Assembly (NCBI GenBank): GCA_002189035.1
Contig: CM007989.1
Coordinates: 4,526,001-4,590,000 of the forward strand
Direction: 5' to 3'
Source: Utricularia gibba
Taxonomy: Eukaryota; Plantae; Magnoliophyta
Length of the DNA stretch: 64,000 nt
Made by a program: the position numbers and the translations under genes. The notes beneath the pieces were generated by a model that saw only the letters and a program-made list of their open reading frames with translations, made no database searches and was not told the DNA's origin. Shown piece after piece: positions 11,748 to 23,427 of the stretch (position 1 is the stretch's first letter; the number at the start of each line of letters is the position of its first letter).

Positions 11748-14101
11748 TTGCACCCCATGCCTCTTTTCTCAGACTGCTGCAACTCTTCCATTGCTAACCT
11801 TCCTTCCTCTAACTCCACCGCCATGCCGCCGGCCACCCTTGACCAGCCATATGTTCCAGCAGCCTCCGTAACCACCAACTCGACCTCTGATATGTTCAGT
11901 TTTTCCCTCAATATGTTACCATGCCCTCTGCCGCAAGCCCTAGACCCTCTTCCGACAAAATGCTGCTCATTGCATAGGTGGAAGCCGACATTCTGTAGTT
12001 GCTGCTGGGCTCACGGGTCGCCCATCTTCACACCCTTGCCTCCAGCGCGTCATTGCCCATCCCTGCACTGCATCCAACCGTTGTTACCATTACGCTCTCC
12101 CCGCTCCAACGTTCCCCACCGCCAGCTACTTCTCCGACCCCGAATCTGGTGGGTTCAATTGATTTTTCCCTTACTCTGGCTACTCCTCGCCCCTCTACCA
12201 CCACATCGACCACCGACCACCGCACTCCTTCACCCCCTCCGATGGTTACTATTTCTACTACTCCTACTCCACTGGAGCATTTCACTCTTGGACCCCGCTC
12301 ACATCTGACCCCATTTATGTGGGTTTCCTCAAGGACTAGGAAATTTCAGAACCCCTGGTGAGGGGTATTCCCAAGAATGCAGCCCTTGCTATTACATCTG
12401 CCCCTGGCATTGCACCAGAAGTCTCCCAGGGCACTGTTCCAGCAGGGAGTACCATGACGAGACCTGCGACTGGGAAAAATCACAGAACCAAACAGTGTGT
12501 CACCCATAGAACTTACAAAACACGGAAGCAAAGGGCAGATGAAGAACCTTTGGCAGCCAAGCAGTGGGAGGAGGAACATACCGCTAGTAAGAAGAAGGGC
12601 AACAAAGAAGCCAACAACGAAAAAGAACCAGAAATAGCTCTTGCACATTCCCAAACACCCGTTGAGCTAGCAAGGGAGACGGAAGTTGTGTGTAAGAAGC
12701 AGGTCACGCCCGAAACGAGCAAGAAGAACCCTACGAGGAAGAGCCCTGAACCAAAACCAGCACCCGACGAGAGCGCAAGGGCCGAGGACCCTACTGTTCA
12801 AAGGGAACAGCCAGAGCGTGCAAGTAAGGGACAAAAGAAAAGGACTCGAGCAAAGAGGGAGGCTAGAAAAACACAGAAAGGAGGAACAACCAAACAACGC
12901 AAGGCAGAGAAAGCTAAGGAAAAGATAAATGAACCTCCTGTTGGATCTACTATTTTTGCAGATAGGGACATCACCATGTGGACCTGGAGGACTGCTCCAG
13001 AAGAATGACCGGAGAAAGGCGCGCATTTTTCAGTAAGGAAGACAAAGAAATTTTCACATAGCACCTACAGTTCAGTAGCAGAGCCCACAAGGAAAAACTG
13101 GACACAATTTTTGGAGCAGGGCCAAAATCAGTGCGCTATCTAGACACTAAAACACTTCAACTTCTTGGCATTGAGCACGAGGTAAACGAACGGTTGGCAG
13201 GTACACTGTTTCTTTAGATTTTTCAGAACAAGCTTCCTACCTGTGCTGAACTATGATACGAGTTTTTCACAACATTTGTGTATGATGTGACTGAGACCAT
13301 TTTCGCCCCTAGAATTATTCGGTTCAGACTATTTGGGAAATGGTTTGCATATTCTTTAGCCGATTGGAATAGAGCATTAGGATTTGTTTCTGAAAATGAT
13401 TTGAACTCCACTGCTTTTCCGACTTCCATGTTTGATTTTCCTGGTGTTCAATATTTTGATGAGCATGAAGCTTATGAGCAATTGACTAGGCAGTATGAAG
13501 TTATTTTTAAACAGAAAGGCACCAAGGCCAGCTTGATAGTAGATCCTGTTTGGAGGATCATTCACGTTTTACTTTCTACTTCATTTTTTTAGTATCAACG
13601 TGCCTTTAATTCCTTGTTTAAAAATGGAAGTTTAATGATGAAAAGGCCATTGAATGTTGGTGCATTGGTTGCGGATTTGATGAAAAAGGAATTAGGAAAT
13701 AGGACCCATGTCTTGACTTTGTGGTTTGGAAATTAGATTTCTTATTTGGCTCTGAAGGAATTTGGTCCTGACATTTGAATGCAAGCTTGCACATTAGACC
13801 CCCTCATCTCCCCATAGACTTGTCTTTTCTCACGAACATTGGCATGATTCGACTTGCCAAAGGCAAGATCGTATTTTTATTGAGTATAGGTGAAGGAAAG
13901 GTGTTGGAGCAGCCCCTGCCCAATGCTCAGGAAACTTCTACATCTACTGGGAAAGGGCAAGCACTTGTGAAAAGCAGAAATTGTTGCTGCTTGAAGAAGA
14001 TTCGTGAGTTGCGAGGCACTATAGGAACTCTGAAGATGTATCTGGAGACTCTGCTTGACTTGCAGACATGCGCAGATCCTAATGTCCCTCCTCACTCTTG
14101 A
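11748..14101 (+). pseudogene. Athila extra 3' ORF (env-like / 'plant transposon protein' domain), disrupted
   Basis: Pro/Thr-rich then Lys/Glu-rich segments, then RYLDTKTLQLLGIEHEV...PTCAEL*YEFFTTFVYD...IRFRLFGKWFAYSLADWNRALGF, the conserved domain of Athila 3' ORFs. Lies between pol and the 3' LTR. Confidence 0.75.
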
Positions 14102-15146
14102 TTGGACTTTTTACCCTATTAGTTTTGTAAATTTTTGTTCTGTGTCGTATGTGTTTCAGTTCTCCTTGTTGTCTTTGCATGTGTTTTGTGGTTGTTTTTC
14201 TGTCTTTTGTTGCCTTGAGGACTGCTGAGCATGTTTGGGAATTTCAGTTCATGCTGGAAATGTAAGATGCCTACCCCTTCGCCTCTGTGAGGACTCAACT
14301 TTTTAGTTCTTAACTGCTTAAGACTTATATGAGGGTAGCCAGATTTTGTGGAAAAGTGCATGCATGTGACCTGTGTTTTGCTCTATCTGCACTAGGACTT
14401 ACTTAAGAATTGCTTGTACGTGGCTTGCTAGTATGTGGATGTGTGGGTTGCGCTGAGCTAGATACATAGATCGTGGCCGATGCACATAAAAAAATTCTTG
14501 ATGATAAAAGGCAAGCTCAAATCTAAAAAGCTGAGCTATATGTATATAAAAAAAAAAAGAGAGAGAAGAGAAAAGTAGAGAGTTACAAAAGGCGAGCACA
14601 CCAGAAAAGTCGTGCTATAAAAAAATCTTGTAGAAAATAAGAGCTTGAGGCTTACACACTATGAACTCATCATTTTCCCTAAACATTTTTTAGTGATCTG
14701 GCCAACAACTCTAGGAGAAATAAGGATGAACAAAGGGAGGGGAATGTGACTAAGTTGTAGTGGAAAAGTTCTCAAGTTTCTATGCTCTTGTTTAGTACCT
14801 CCATGTGCATCATTTTCATTTTCAGCTACCTTTTTTGTTATAAGTCGTATGTGTCTTGCAAGGTAAAACTCACACGTTACTGTTAGTATGCTACTGCCTT
14901 TTAGGATCAAGTTCGTACTTGTGCAAATGTGATTTTTGAACACTTGAAGCATGCGAGTAACCTCTACTATCTGTGCTTGAGTGAAACTATTCTTGCCAAC
15001 ACTTGCTACCTCTTCTCTTCACTCCTTACATGGATAGCATGAATCGAAACCTTTTCTTTGTCTCAACGGACTCAATCTAAGATAGTTTTTGTTCTCATTT
15101 TCTATTTTAGACTTGAGGACAACTCTAGAGTCATTGTAAGATAGTG

Positions 15147-16536
15147 TGTTAACACCGTTTTTTTTATATATATTTTTAAGTGTGTTTTGTAGGGTTAAAT
15201 GTTGTTTAGTGTGCTAAATTGTCTTCTTTTGCGTATTTAGATTGTTAAAATGTGTTTATTGTGAAAATAGAATCAATTGGAAACAATTGAGCTGAAAACT
15301 CTAATATTTCGTCTAGTCTGTGTTTTAAATCTTAACAGGGTAAGAGCTTGATGAGATCATGGATGCTATAGATTATCGCAATGAAGATAAAGAACACAAG
15401 ATCAATAATCCTCCATTAATTTCAGTTGGGCCAATCACTAGATTAAGAGCAAGAAGGAATCAAGAAGTGCTTAAGAGCTTATAGGCCAATCAACCAAGCT
15501 ATGAGGTGTTGAGCATGGAATTCAACATTCTCAAAGTGCAGCAACTTGATTAGAGAAGGCCCATTACTATCAAACACATTATTATTACTACTTTTCCTCT
15601 AATAAGACCCAATCCTTCATCTATTTAAGAAGGCCTTACTCATGTTTTGGACAACTTTGATTGTAATCACTTTTGAGAGCTATTCTCCTTCCTTGAGTTC
15701 TTGTAGAACTTAGACTTATCAAGCCTTGCTTGTGGTGTCTAGTGTTTGGTTTATCACTCCCAATTCCTTCCTTGATTCTGTGAGTGTGGTACCATTTCAT
15801 AGTTTGGGTTGCAATGATCTTTCAATCCTTGAGGGCCAACTTCTTTTTCTTGAGGGATTGCTTCTTTCAACCAAGATATGGAGGGTCGTATCAGAGTTAG
15901 TACTGTAACAGCACATTTTCCGCGTTGACAAGTAAAAGGGGACAGAAAAGCTGTGCAAAAGTTACTTTCCACTGAAAATAGCCACCTAGAAACTTGATTT
16001 CTAGTAGATCTACGACCAAGAGCAACCGCTGAACACTTTATTTTCAATTTTCTACACTTCCATTTTGTTAACGAACTCACTGTTGTTACTTTATGCATTT
16101 TCACGCTTTCTGTTATTTTCTTGCACCTTGTCGTGAACGATAAATCCCCTATAGACCTTATTTCACTTTATGAACATGTTGCTGTTTACCCTTTTCGTGC
16201 TTGGTTATAAGTTTACCACGCTTTTTACTATTCCTGCAAACTCTTGCTTTGTTTTCAAGCGTTTTAAAGCTGGATTTAAGTCTATGGACTCTCTTGAGTG
16301 ACACAAAAGCTAGACCCTAGTGTAAAACCCACCCAAATCATTTTATTTCATGTTTTCTGCTCATTCACGTTAATTTCAGTCCCTTTTCATCCCTGCAACT
16401 CGTTTCTTTCAATAATTCATTCTTGTGATTTGTGTAGTAGAATAGCTAGGTTTATAAATTCAGTCATTAATTTCATCCCTTTGCGTTGAATGTGCTAAAC
16501 CGCAACATTTAGCAAACCCCATTCCAATATTCATCA
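15147..16536 (+). mobile_element. Athila second LTR (contains a nested CRM solo LTR)
   Basis: TGTTAACACC...TTCATCA; collinear with 5596-6698 apart from indels and the 545-bp insertion. Confidence 0.9.
15349..15893 (+). mobile_element. Solo LTR, CRM (centromeric retrotransposon) type, 545 bp
   Basis: TGATG...TATCA termini, TSD GAGCT/GAGTT (1 mismatch), absent from the 5' LTR. Its 5' end translates ..VGPITRLRARRNQEVL, the CR motif that CRM integrases extend into the LTR. Confidence 0.85.
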
Positions 16537-16713
16537 AAATGGCGCGTTGCCGGGGAAGGGTGTGTGTTAATTTCTCTGTTGTTAATGCATTTACATTCTG
16601 TTGCAGGTCCACTCGAACCCCTTGATTTGGAGATCAAGAGGACTGCAAAATTATTGAAAAAGAAGCACAAACAATGTCAGCAAGAGGCTAAGTTGAGAGC
16701 CATAGAGATGGCT
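16537..16713 (+). mobile_element. Second Athila PBS and gag start, truncated
   Basis: aaatggcgcgttgccgggga, then MHLHSVAGPLEPLDLEIKRTAKLLKKKHKQCQQEAKLRAIEMA, nearly identical to the start of the 6745 ORF. Homology stops at ~16713. Confidence 0.9.
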
Positions 16714-16859
16714 CTTGATCATGCGTCCATGATGGCAAGCCAATGCTACACCATGTATTTTGAGCTTTTGAATCATGCGTCCATGCTTTTAGATAGTGTC
16801 TTCCTGTTATTGCTATTGATGAAACACATCTATATGCAGGATATAGATATCACCTTCTA

Positions 16860-17880
16860 ATAGCCCGCTATTGCGTGTCTTTCCTCAACAAATTTTAAAT
16901 ATATAAAATGTAAAACACAAAAGAGCATAGTACGAGTATCGATCTCAGGGAGTTGAGTTTTGCAAAAAGTGTTTTGTAGGAAACTTTCACAAATTGTCAT
17001 GAAGGCTCTTCCTAAAGGCGCATATCGATCAAGAAACTTCTGAACCATTTGCTCTCAGGTAGCAATAGAGGATGGTTGTAGTCCATACAGTCACTCCATG
17101 GCTCGCTCAGTGAGACTGAAAGGGAAGACCCGCAGCTTGACTTGGTTCTTCATTGCACCTTTTGGGTGCATGAATGCACATGCCATGTGCAACTCTCTAA
17201 GATGACGATTTGGGTCGTCATTTTCTCTCCTAGCGAACTTAGGAAGTGTCTGGAACAGATATGGGCGAATCTCAAAGTTCTCTTCCACGCAATACGAGTA
17301 TCGATCTCAGGGAGTTGAGTTTTGCGAAAAGTGCTTTATAGGAAATTTTCACAAATTGTCACAGATTTGAGAAAGAGGGTTTTTGAAGTATAAGAAATAA
17401 AGATACAACCTAAGTAATGGACCTTAACTAAGGGTTGCAGTTCTTGGGAAGTAGACTCTGTTTCCTCCTTTTGTCTATCCTCGCCTCGGCTTTCATTGAA
17501 TCCTTCCGAATAGCTGGTTATAGGAGCAATGAATAGTCTATTCTCCCTTACACTCTGATTGATAAGGAGACACAGAAATAACCTCATGCGATTCCCCCAT
17601 GGACGATTGAGAAGACAAGCGGATTGCCGTCGATTGTCTTCAAAACCGAATTGCACGCATGTGCCCAACTGTTGCCAATGACCAGTGGCAGCCACGAGGT
17701 CACTACTTGTCGACTGTCCCAGTACCTCGGCTACAAACAATTCGCTACTTCCTTCGAACCAGTAGGGTTGGAGTTGGTGCTCTTCACCTTGCTCTTCATC
17801 AAGACTCGCGAAGAGTGGTCTGCTACTCATGGAACGTGAATAAGAGTCGTTACAGAAAGACTTTGGCATTTTAATTGAAA
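16860..17880 (-). mobile_element. Rearranged family-B LTR pieces enclosing an Athila-type gag fragment
   Basis: gag fragment 17091-17288 (FEIRPYLFQTLPKF..ENDDPNRHLREL..VKLRVFPFSLTE). A 69-bp LTR segment is duplicated at 16931-16999 and 17293-17361. Confidence 0.75.
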
Positions 17881-18284
17881 TAATATTGCTTATGCATTTA
17901 TTAAATATTTTATTGCATAATTTTTGCATCTATTTAATTGTTTATGTTTTAATTTGTTGATTAATATAAATATTGTAATATAATTATATTGTAATATATT
18001 ATATTTAATTTTTTAAATATAAAATATAATTAAATATATATATTTTTAGAAAAATAAATATGAAATGATGATGTAGAAATGAAATGTTATACTACAAGAC
18101 AAAGTTGGGCATAATATGGAATTCTCTATCTAATGATTGATGAGATAAAGAATTTCCTTCTAATCATAACCTATAATATATGGTTGTAACAAATATTTTT
18201 TTGGATCATAATTAGAGGTTACAAAACATGTGTTGAATATTTTTAATGTGCCACCAATCTCATACAAAAGTTATTATTAAAGAT

Positions 18285-20719
18285 TGTTAAGTGCCATTTT
18301 GTTAACATTTTTATGTTATTTTTAATCTCAATGTAATTAAAGCTATCTAGTTAAGAGTTTATATTATAAGTTAGGTTTTATCTAGATTAGGGTAATTATC
18401 TTACTTTATATGTTTTATCTTAATAACACATATTTTTGAGTATTTAATAATAATAAAATCATTAATATTTTGTTACAAAACTTGGATTTTATTGTATTTT
18501 TATGTTTTTGTGATTAACACAACTTTTTGCGCCTCTTACTTCTTATTGAGACTAAATCATGGATTTAGTCTCAATCTTAATTCTATAGCCCAAATCCCAA
18601 GGAGTCGAGGAGATAGAGACAAAAGCTAAAAATAGAAGACATCAAATCTCAATTTGGAAGAAAAGTACATTTTTATCATAATGAAAAAAAGAAAATATTT
18701 CCACAACTTTTAACAACACGCCATACAATTCTAAGAAGGGGAGGTCTGGAAAAACTTATTGAGAGAATGAAGAAGAAGATCGAGAAACAAAGCTTACATC
18801 TGAAGATTGCCTTTTGTTTCTCAAGTACAAAACTTCCAGCTAGGAATAGCGTACAACATTTTTTAACTTTCTGCTTAAATTTTTTCCACTCGATTCTTGT
18901 TTGTTTTCTAGTTATCGAATTCTGACATGGATACAATGTGGATGATGTTTTATCATTTAGTTTTATTTACCTTCAGTATGAGTGGCTAAATACACATAAT
19001 GCCTTAGGTAGAAGGGAGTGTACATGATTGTTACTTGTTAGACTATACTAGTTTGATAGTCAGATCATTTCTTTATCAAACCAGAGTAGAACCATGAGGG
19101 GAAAGTGATTGTGTTCATCATAAGCAATCTAACTAGAGGTAGACTAAAAGTTAGGAAAATTAAGGGTTTTGATAGACTTGAGTATTTGTATTGTTAGATG
19201 AATGATTATGAAGTTGGGTGGCTTAGTGCAATAATGATCATGTTACTCCTAGAAGCTTCAAGACATTGCATTACTCTATTCTCGTTAGTACTTGAATTTG
19301 CTATTATTTTTTTACTGCATTTTATGGTAAACCTCTTTTACTCTTAACTTAGACTAAATTACCAATCGTTACAAAACCACATGTATCAACTTTCACACAA
19401 CAAGCATAGCTTCTTGTATTCGACCTTGATCCACTACGCTCATAGATTTTGTAGATATGAATTAGGATTATAAATTTTATTTGATAAGAGAATTTACAAT
19501 TTAATGATGTTGAATAATTTTTCGTTTATCATATCTAATATTTTTATTTAGTTTTGTTTAAGTTTTTATAGGGGTGAACATGTGGCAGGATGTGTGAAAA
19601 AGGGAGCATCAAATGATGATAAAATAGATCTTTTCGAATTGATATTTCCTTGATTTCCAGAAAACTGCAAATGCCTAATGATGAATCTTGACATGCAGTA
19701 CACATGAACCTTTGACAGAAGAAATCATTAGTACACCAGTGTAAGAGAATGAGCTTCCTTGGAAATCACTTTAGTCCATAGCAAGATTAGAAGAATACAA
19801 AAACTCAAAACAATAGTAATTTAATTTCAGTTCAAACTTTCATTTTAGTTTACCTCTCTAGAGGATTTTCCTTCAACTTCTCACTAGAACTTTTCTTTTG
19901 CTACCCTTGCTTTGTATGGCCATTTACAATTAGAAACTCTGGTTCTTGGGTTGGGAGACTTTCAGCCCTACGTTTCCTTAATTAATCTCCACTTCTTCTT
20001 TGAATCTGATTGGGTTTCATATATCTCCATACAATTATATTACAGTCTTTCTGTAACAACCTCTTATTCAAGATTCATGGTTAACTGATTACTACCTACA
20101 AGTTTTGAAGAAGAATAAGGTGGAAAATACCAACTAATGCCCTTATAGTTCTAGGAAGACAACGTTTTGTCTGTAGGCGTACTTCAAGATTAATAAACAG
20201 ATCGTGACCTCGTATTTGAACTCATTGGGTCATTGGCAACACTTAGGCACATGCATGCAATTCGACCATGTGGGTACAATTTCAGGACCTCTTATCTTCC
20301 CATTCGTCCTATGGGAAGTAACATCGAGTTACTCATGTGCCTCCTTGTAAGAGAGTATAAGGGAGAGTAGACAATTTCTTACTCCTATAACTGAGTATTT
20401 GAGAAGAGTAAAGAAGAGTGGAGATGCGATGAATGTAGTTGTGCAGCAATCCAATCTCAAAAACATTCTCGTAATTTAAGATTTATCGCTTAAGTTTACT
20501 TACATTGTTTGCTTACAATTTCCTTATTTAAGTTTCATTATTTGTGTTTCTAACATCTTTTACTTCCCAAACCCATTTACAAATTGTGATACTTGTATTC
20601 GGTGTGACTTCACTTTTTACTGTAAAAGCAACTTCTTCTGTTCGACACTCATACTACGCTTTTTGTGTTTTACAAGTTTTAAAAATCTTTAAAATTTGTT
20701 ATGGAAACAACACGCATTA
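18285..20719 (+). mobile_element. Solo LTR, family B, inserted in the hAT transposase (2435 bp including nested insert)
   Basis: Starts TGTTAAG, ends CACGCATTA; TSD AAGAT/CAGAT (1 mismatch). Excision restores the hAT frame HTKVIIKDALVNCL. Confidence 0.75.
18421..19531 (+). mobile_element. Solo LTR, family A (copy A2), 1111 bp
   Basis: TAATAACAC (mutated TG)...CGTTTATCA, perfect TSD TATCT (18416-20 and 19532-36). Shares the hairpin, the atgagtggctaaa block and the 3' end with A1 and A3. Confidence 0.85.
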
Positions 20720-22173
20720 CAGATGCTCTGGTGAATTGTTTAATGGGTTGGAGTATTGAAAGTAAAATATATAGTATTATCATTGACAATGCTATTTTTA
20801 ATAATGTATGCATACGGATGTTGGAAAAGAGCTTTTTAATAGAAAAGAATTTATCTATTAATGGTAAATTATTTCATATTCATTGTTGTGCTCATATATT
20901 AAATCTTTTATTATAAGTTGGTTTGAATAAGATTGTTAATGTTTTGATTGTATTTTAGATAAAGTCAAATATTTGAATAGTTCAAAATTCAAAGGCTTAT
21001 CTGATAGAATTAAGAAAGATAAAAAATATATATTACAATTGCTTATAAAAAAAATTGATTTTGGATTTTCTTACTAAATAGAACTCTATAACATGTGTCC
21101 GTTATATATAAAGAAAAATATAATGATTTTCGCTGTGTTCATACTATTGATAAGTAGTTGCAGGTACAACAAGTATGTAATTTTTTTTTTTTTGTTGACG
21201 AATACTATTTCATCTTCATATTACTCATCCTCTAATCTTTATCTCACAAAACTTTGTAGATTGAAAGTATTTTTGATTGAGAAAAGTTTAAATCCCAATG
21301 CTCATGTAAGGGCTATGACTTTCCGGATATGTTTAAAATTTCATAAGTATTGAGATGAATGCAATATAATAATAACATTGGGGTTTATTTTATATCCTAG
21401 ATTCAAATTTGAGTTGTTGGTATTCACTTTTTCAATGTTCTATTAAGAGGAAAACGGGCATGAGAAGATTGAGAAAGTCAAAAGATAATACGTGTAGTGG
21501 ATGATCAGATTATATGCCAAAAATTGTAGCTAGCATGTTGAAGTTTGTCTCCTTAAAAAAAGTCCATATATCATTTTTGGGAAAAGTATATTTGTCAAAT
21601 GATACTATTCCATGTGACCTTTGTAATGTTATTGTTGCATCAAAGTTTGATATTTTGGATTGATAAAAAATAAATAGTGTGAAATATCATGCTTTAATCA
21701 ATATTGCAAAATATATTTTGGTTATTCTTATGACATCTATGGCATTATAAACTAATTTTAGTATTGGTAATAGAGTTATCGATGATTTTCTATCAAATTT
21801 ATCAATAGAAACTTGTAAGATGTTACTTTATGTTGGTGATAAAGCGAAAAGAATTTATGAAATAAAAGAATTTACATATGTGAGTAATAGTATGTTTACT
21901 TTAAATATATCTAATTATTTAATTTAATAGTAACTATATTTTTATGAATCAGGTCAAATTTAAACGAAAACACGAGAGTTACAATAGTAGTACAATGTTT
22001 AAGCAAGTGAAGTAGAAGAAAAAAATATGACACATATATTTTATTTTCAAAATAAATATTAGTTTATTTATTTATTTATTTTATTATAAAATGAATAATA
22101 ATAAATTTTATATTTAATTTTGAATTATATAAATTATAATTTTTTAAAATTAATTTCAAATATTTATGAATTA

Positions 22174-22200
22174 TATTATTATTATTATTATTATTATTAT
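22174..22200. repeat. (TAT)n microsatellite, ~9 units
   Basis: tattattattattattattattattat. Confidence 0.9.
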
Positions 22201-23427
22201 ATAATATATATTCGTGAATGTTCATCAATATTGTGAATATTTAATAAATTAATATGAATAAAAATATTATTCGATTAACTTGAATATGAATAAATTTATC
22301 TTTTGAAAAAACTTAAATAAACTAATATAAACATAATTGTTCTTATTCGTTTCTTAAAATATCCCTAAGTCCAATTAGCCCTTAGGAACTTGGGCCAAAA
22401 AATCCAAAATTATTTGGGCTTATAACTTATGGAACAAAGCCCTATATTTTCTAGGGCTGCGTCGGGTGGATTCATGGGTTTAGAGAAACTTTCATGTATA
22501 ATCAAAGATATCCATGCTATCCATCACAATTTAGAAAAAATTTATAGGTGTTAGGAATTAATCGCATAATCTAGGGTTGCGAACCAAGAAATTCATTTGG
22601 AAATCATCAACTTGATTCACTGATGCTATGTGTTTTGGCCCACAGGGATGGGACCTTGATTGGAATACATATCTTAGATCCAAGAATGAAAGTGAAATTG
22701 AGATGTAGTTATCTTGATTTCAACTTTTATGAAACACCTTTACATAGGTTTAGGTTTAATATCCGCCCATAACTTGTCCGATCCTTAACTTCAACAACAA
22801 GGCTAGAAATTCTCATATTCGAATGTATGAGGGTATGTTTGAAATAATTTACATTTCTAGATAAATGATACATAAGTAGTTTTACTATCAAATTTAAGAA
22901 TAATTTATATCTCGATAATAGAACAAATTTAAAAATTCTTAGTTTTAAGAAAATGTAAATATTGAACTTCTATTTTATTAAATAAATTTCTTGAAAAATG
23001 CTTTTAAAAGAATATGGGGTGATGCTATTATTAAGGTGGTTTCGAGATATTATTATCCATCCCGATGTTAATGCTAGAACACAATCTGAAATCCAAACCC
23101 TAGAGACAAGGTGCTAAATAGCAAGAACAAGACCAAGATGGTCTTGTGAATGGCTGTTCCCATTACAGGGAATGCTCTTAATTTGGATATAAAGAGGGAA
23201 AGATCAAAGGTCCAGGCAAGCGAGTTCTCTACATGTGTGTTTGATGGTGTCTTTCTTGGCTGGACATTTGATATTTCTCTTAGGTCCTTCCCTTCTACTT
23301 CTCCATCACAGCTGAACTCTGTACATCTCCTTTGATGACGTTTTTCTGCAGTAGGAGGTGTGGGGGTCTGATGTTAGCCAAACATCCTGTAGGGATACGA
23401 AAACCAGAGGTAGAGTGGGTGCTTTAC

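Larger units (their letters stand above)
18060..22367 (+). mobile_element. Degenerate hAT (Ac-like) transposon, interrupted by nested solo LTRs
   Basis: YMVVTNIFLDH..VLN.FNVP..HTKVIIKD | ALVNCLMGWSIE..HIHCCAHILNL, plus dimerisation-domain relic FDILD*..KY..L..IAKYIL at ~21640-21790. Right subterminal repeats end ...atcccta at 22367; the left end was not found. Confidence 0.85.

Noticed and set aside
12028-13064. Multiple minus-strand ORFs
   Set aside because: Antisense shadows of the low-complexity Athila accessory ORF.
17336-17929. 197-aa minus-strand ORF
   Set aside because: Lies within a family-B LTR; homologous copies are not open over this length.
22370-22900. Possible Tekay-like LTR fragment
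   Set aside because: Compositional resemblance only; no termini or TSD.
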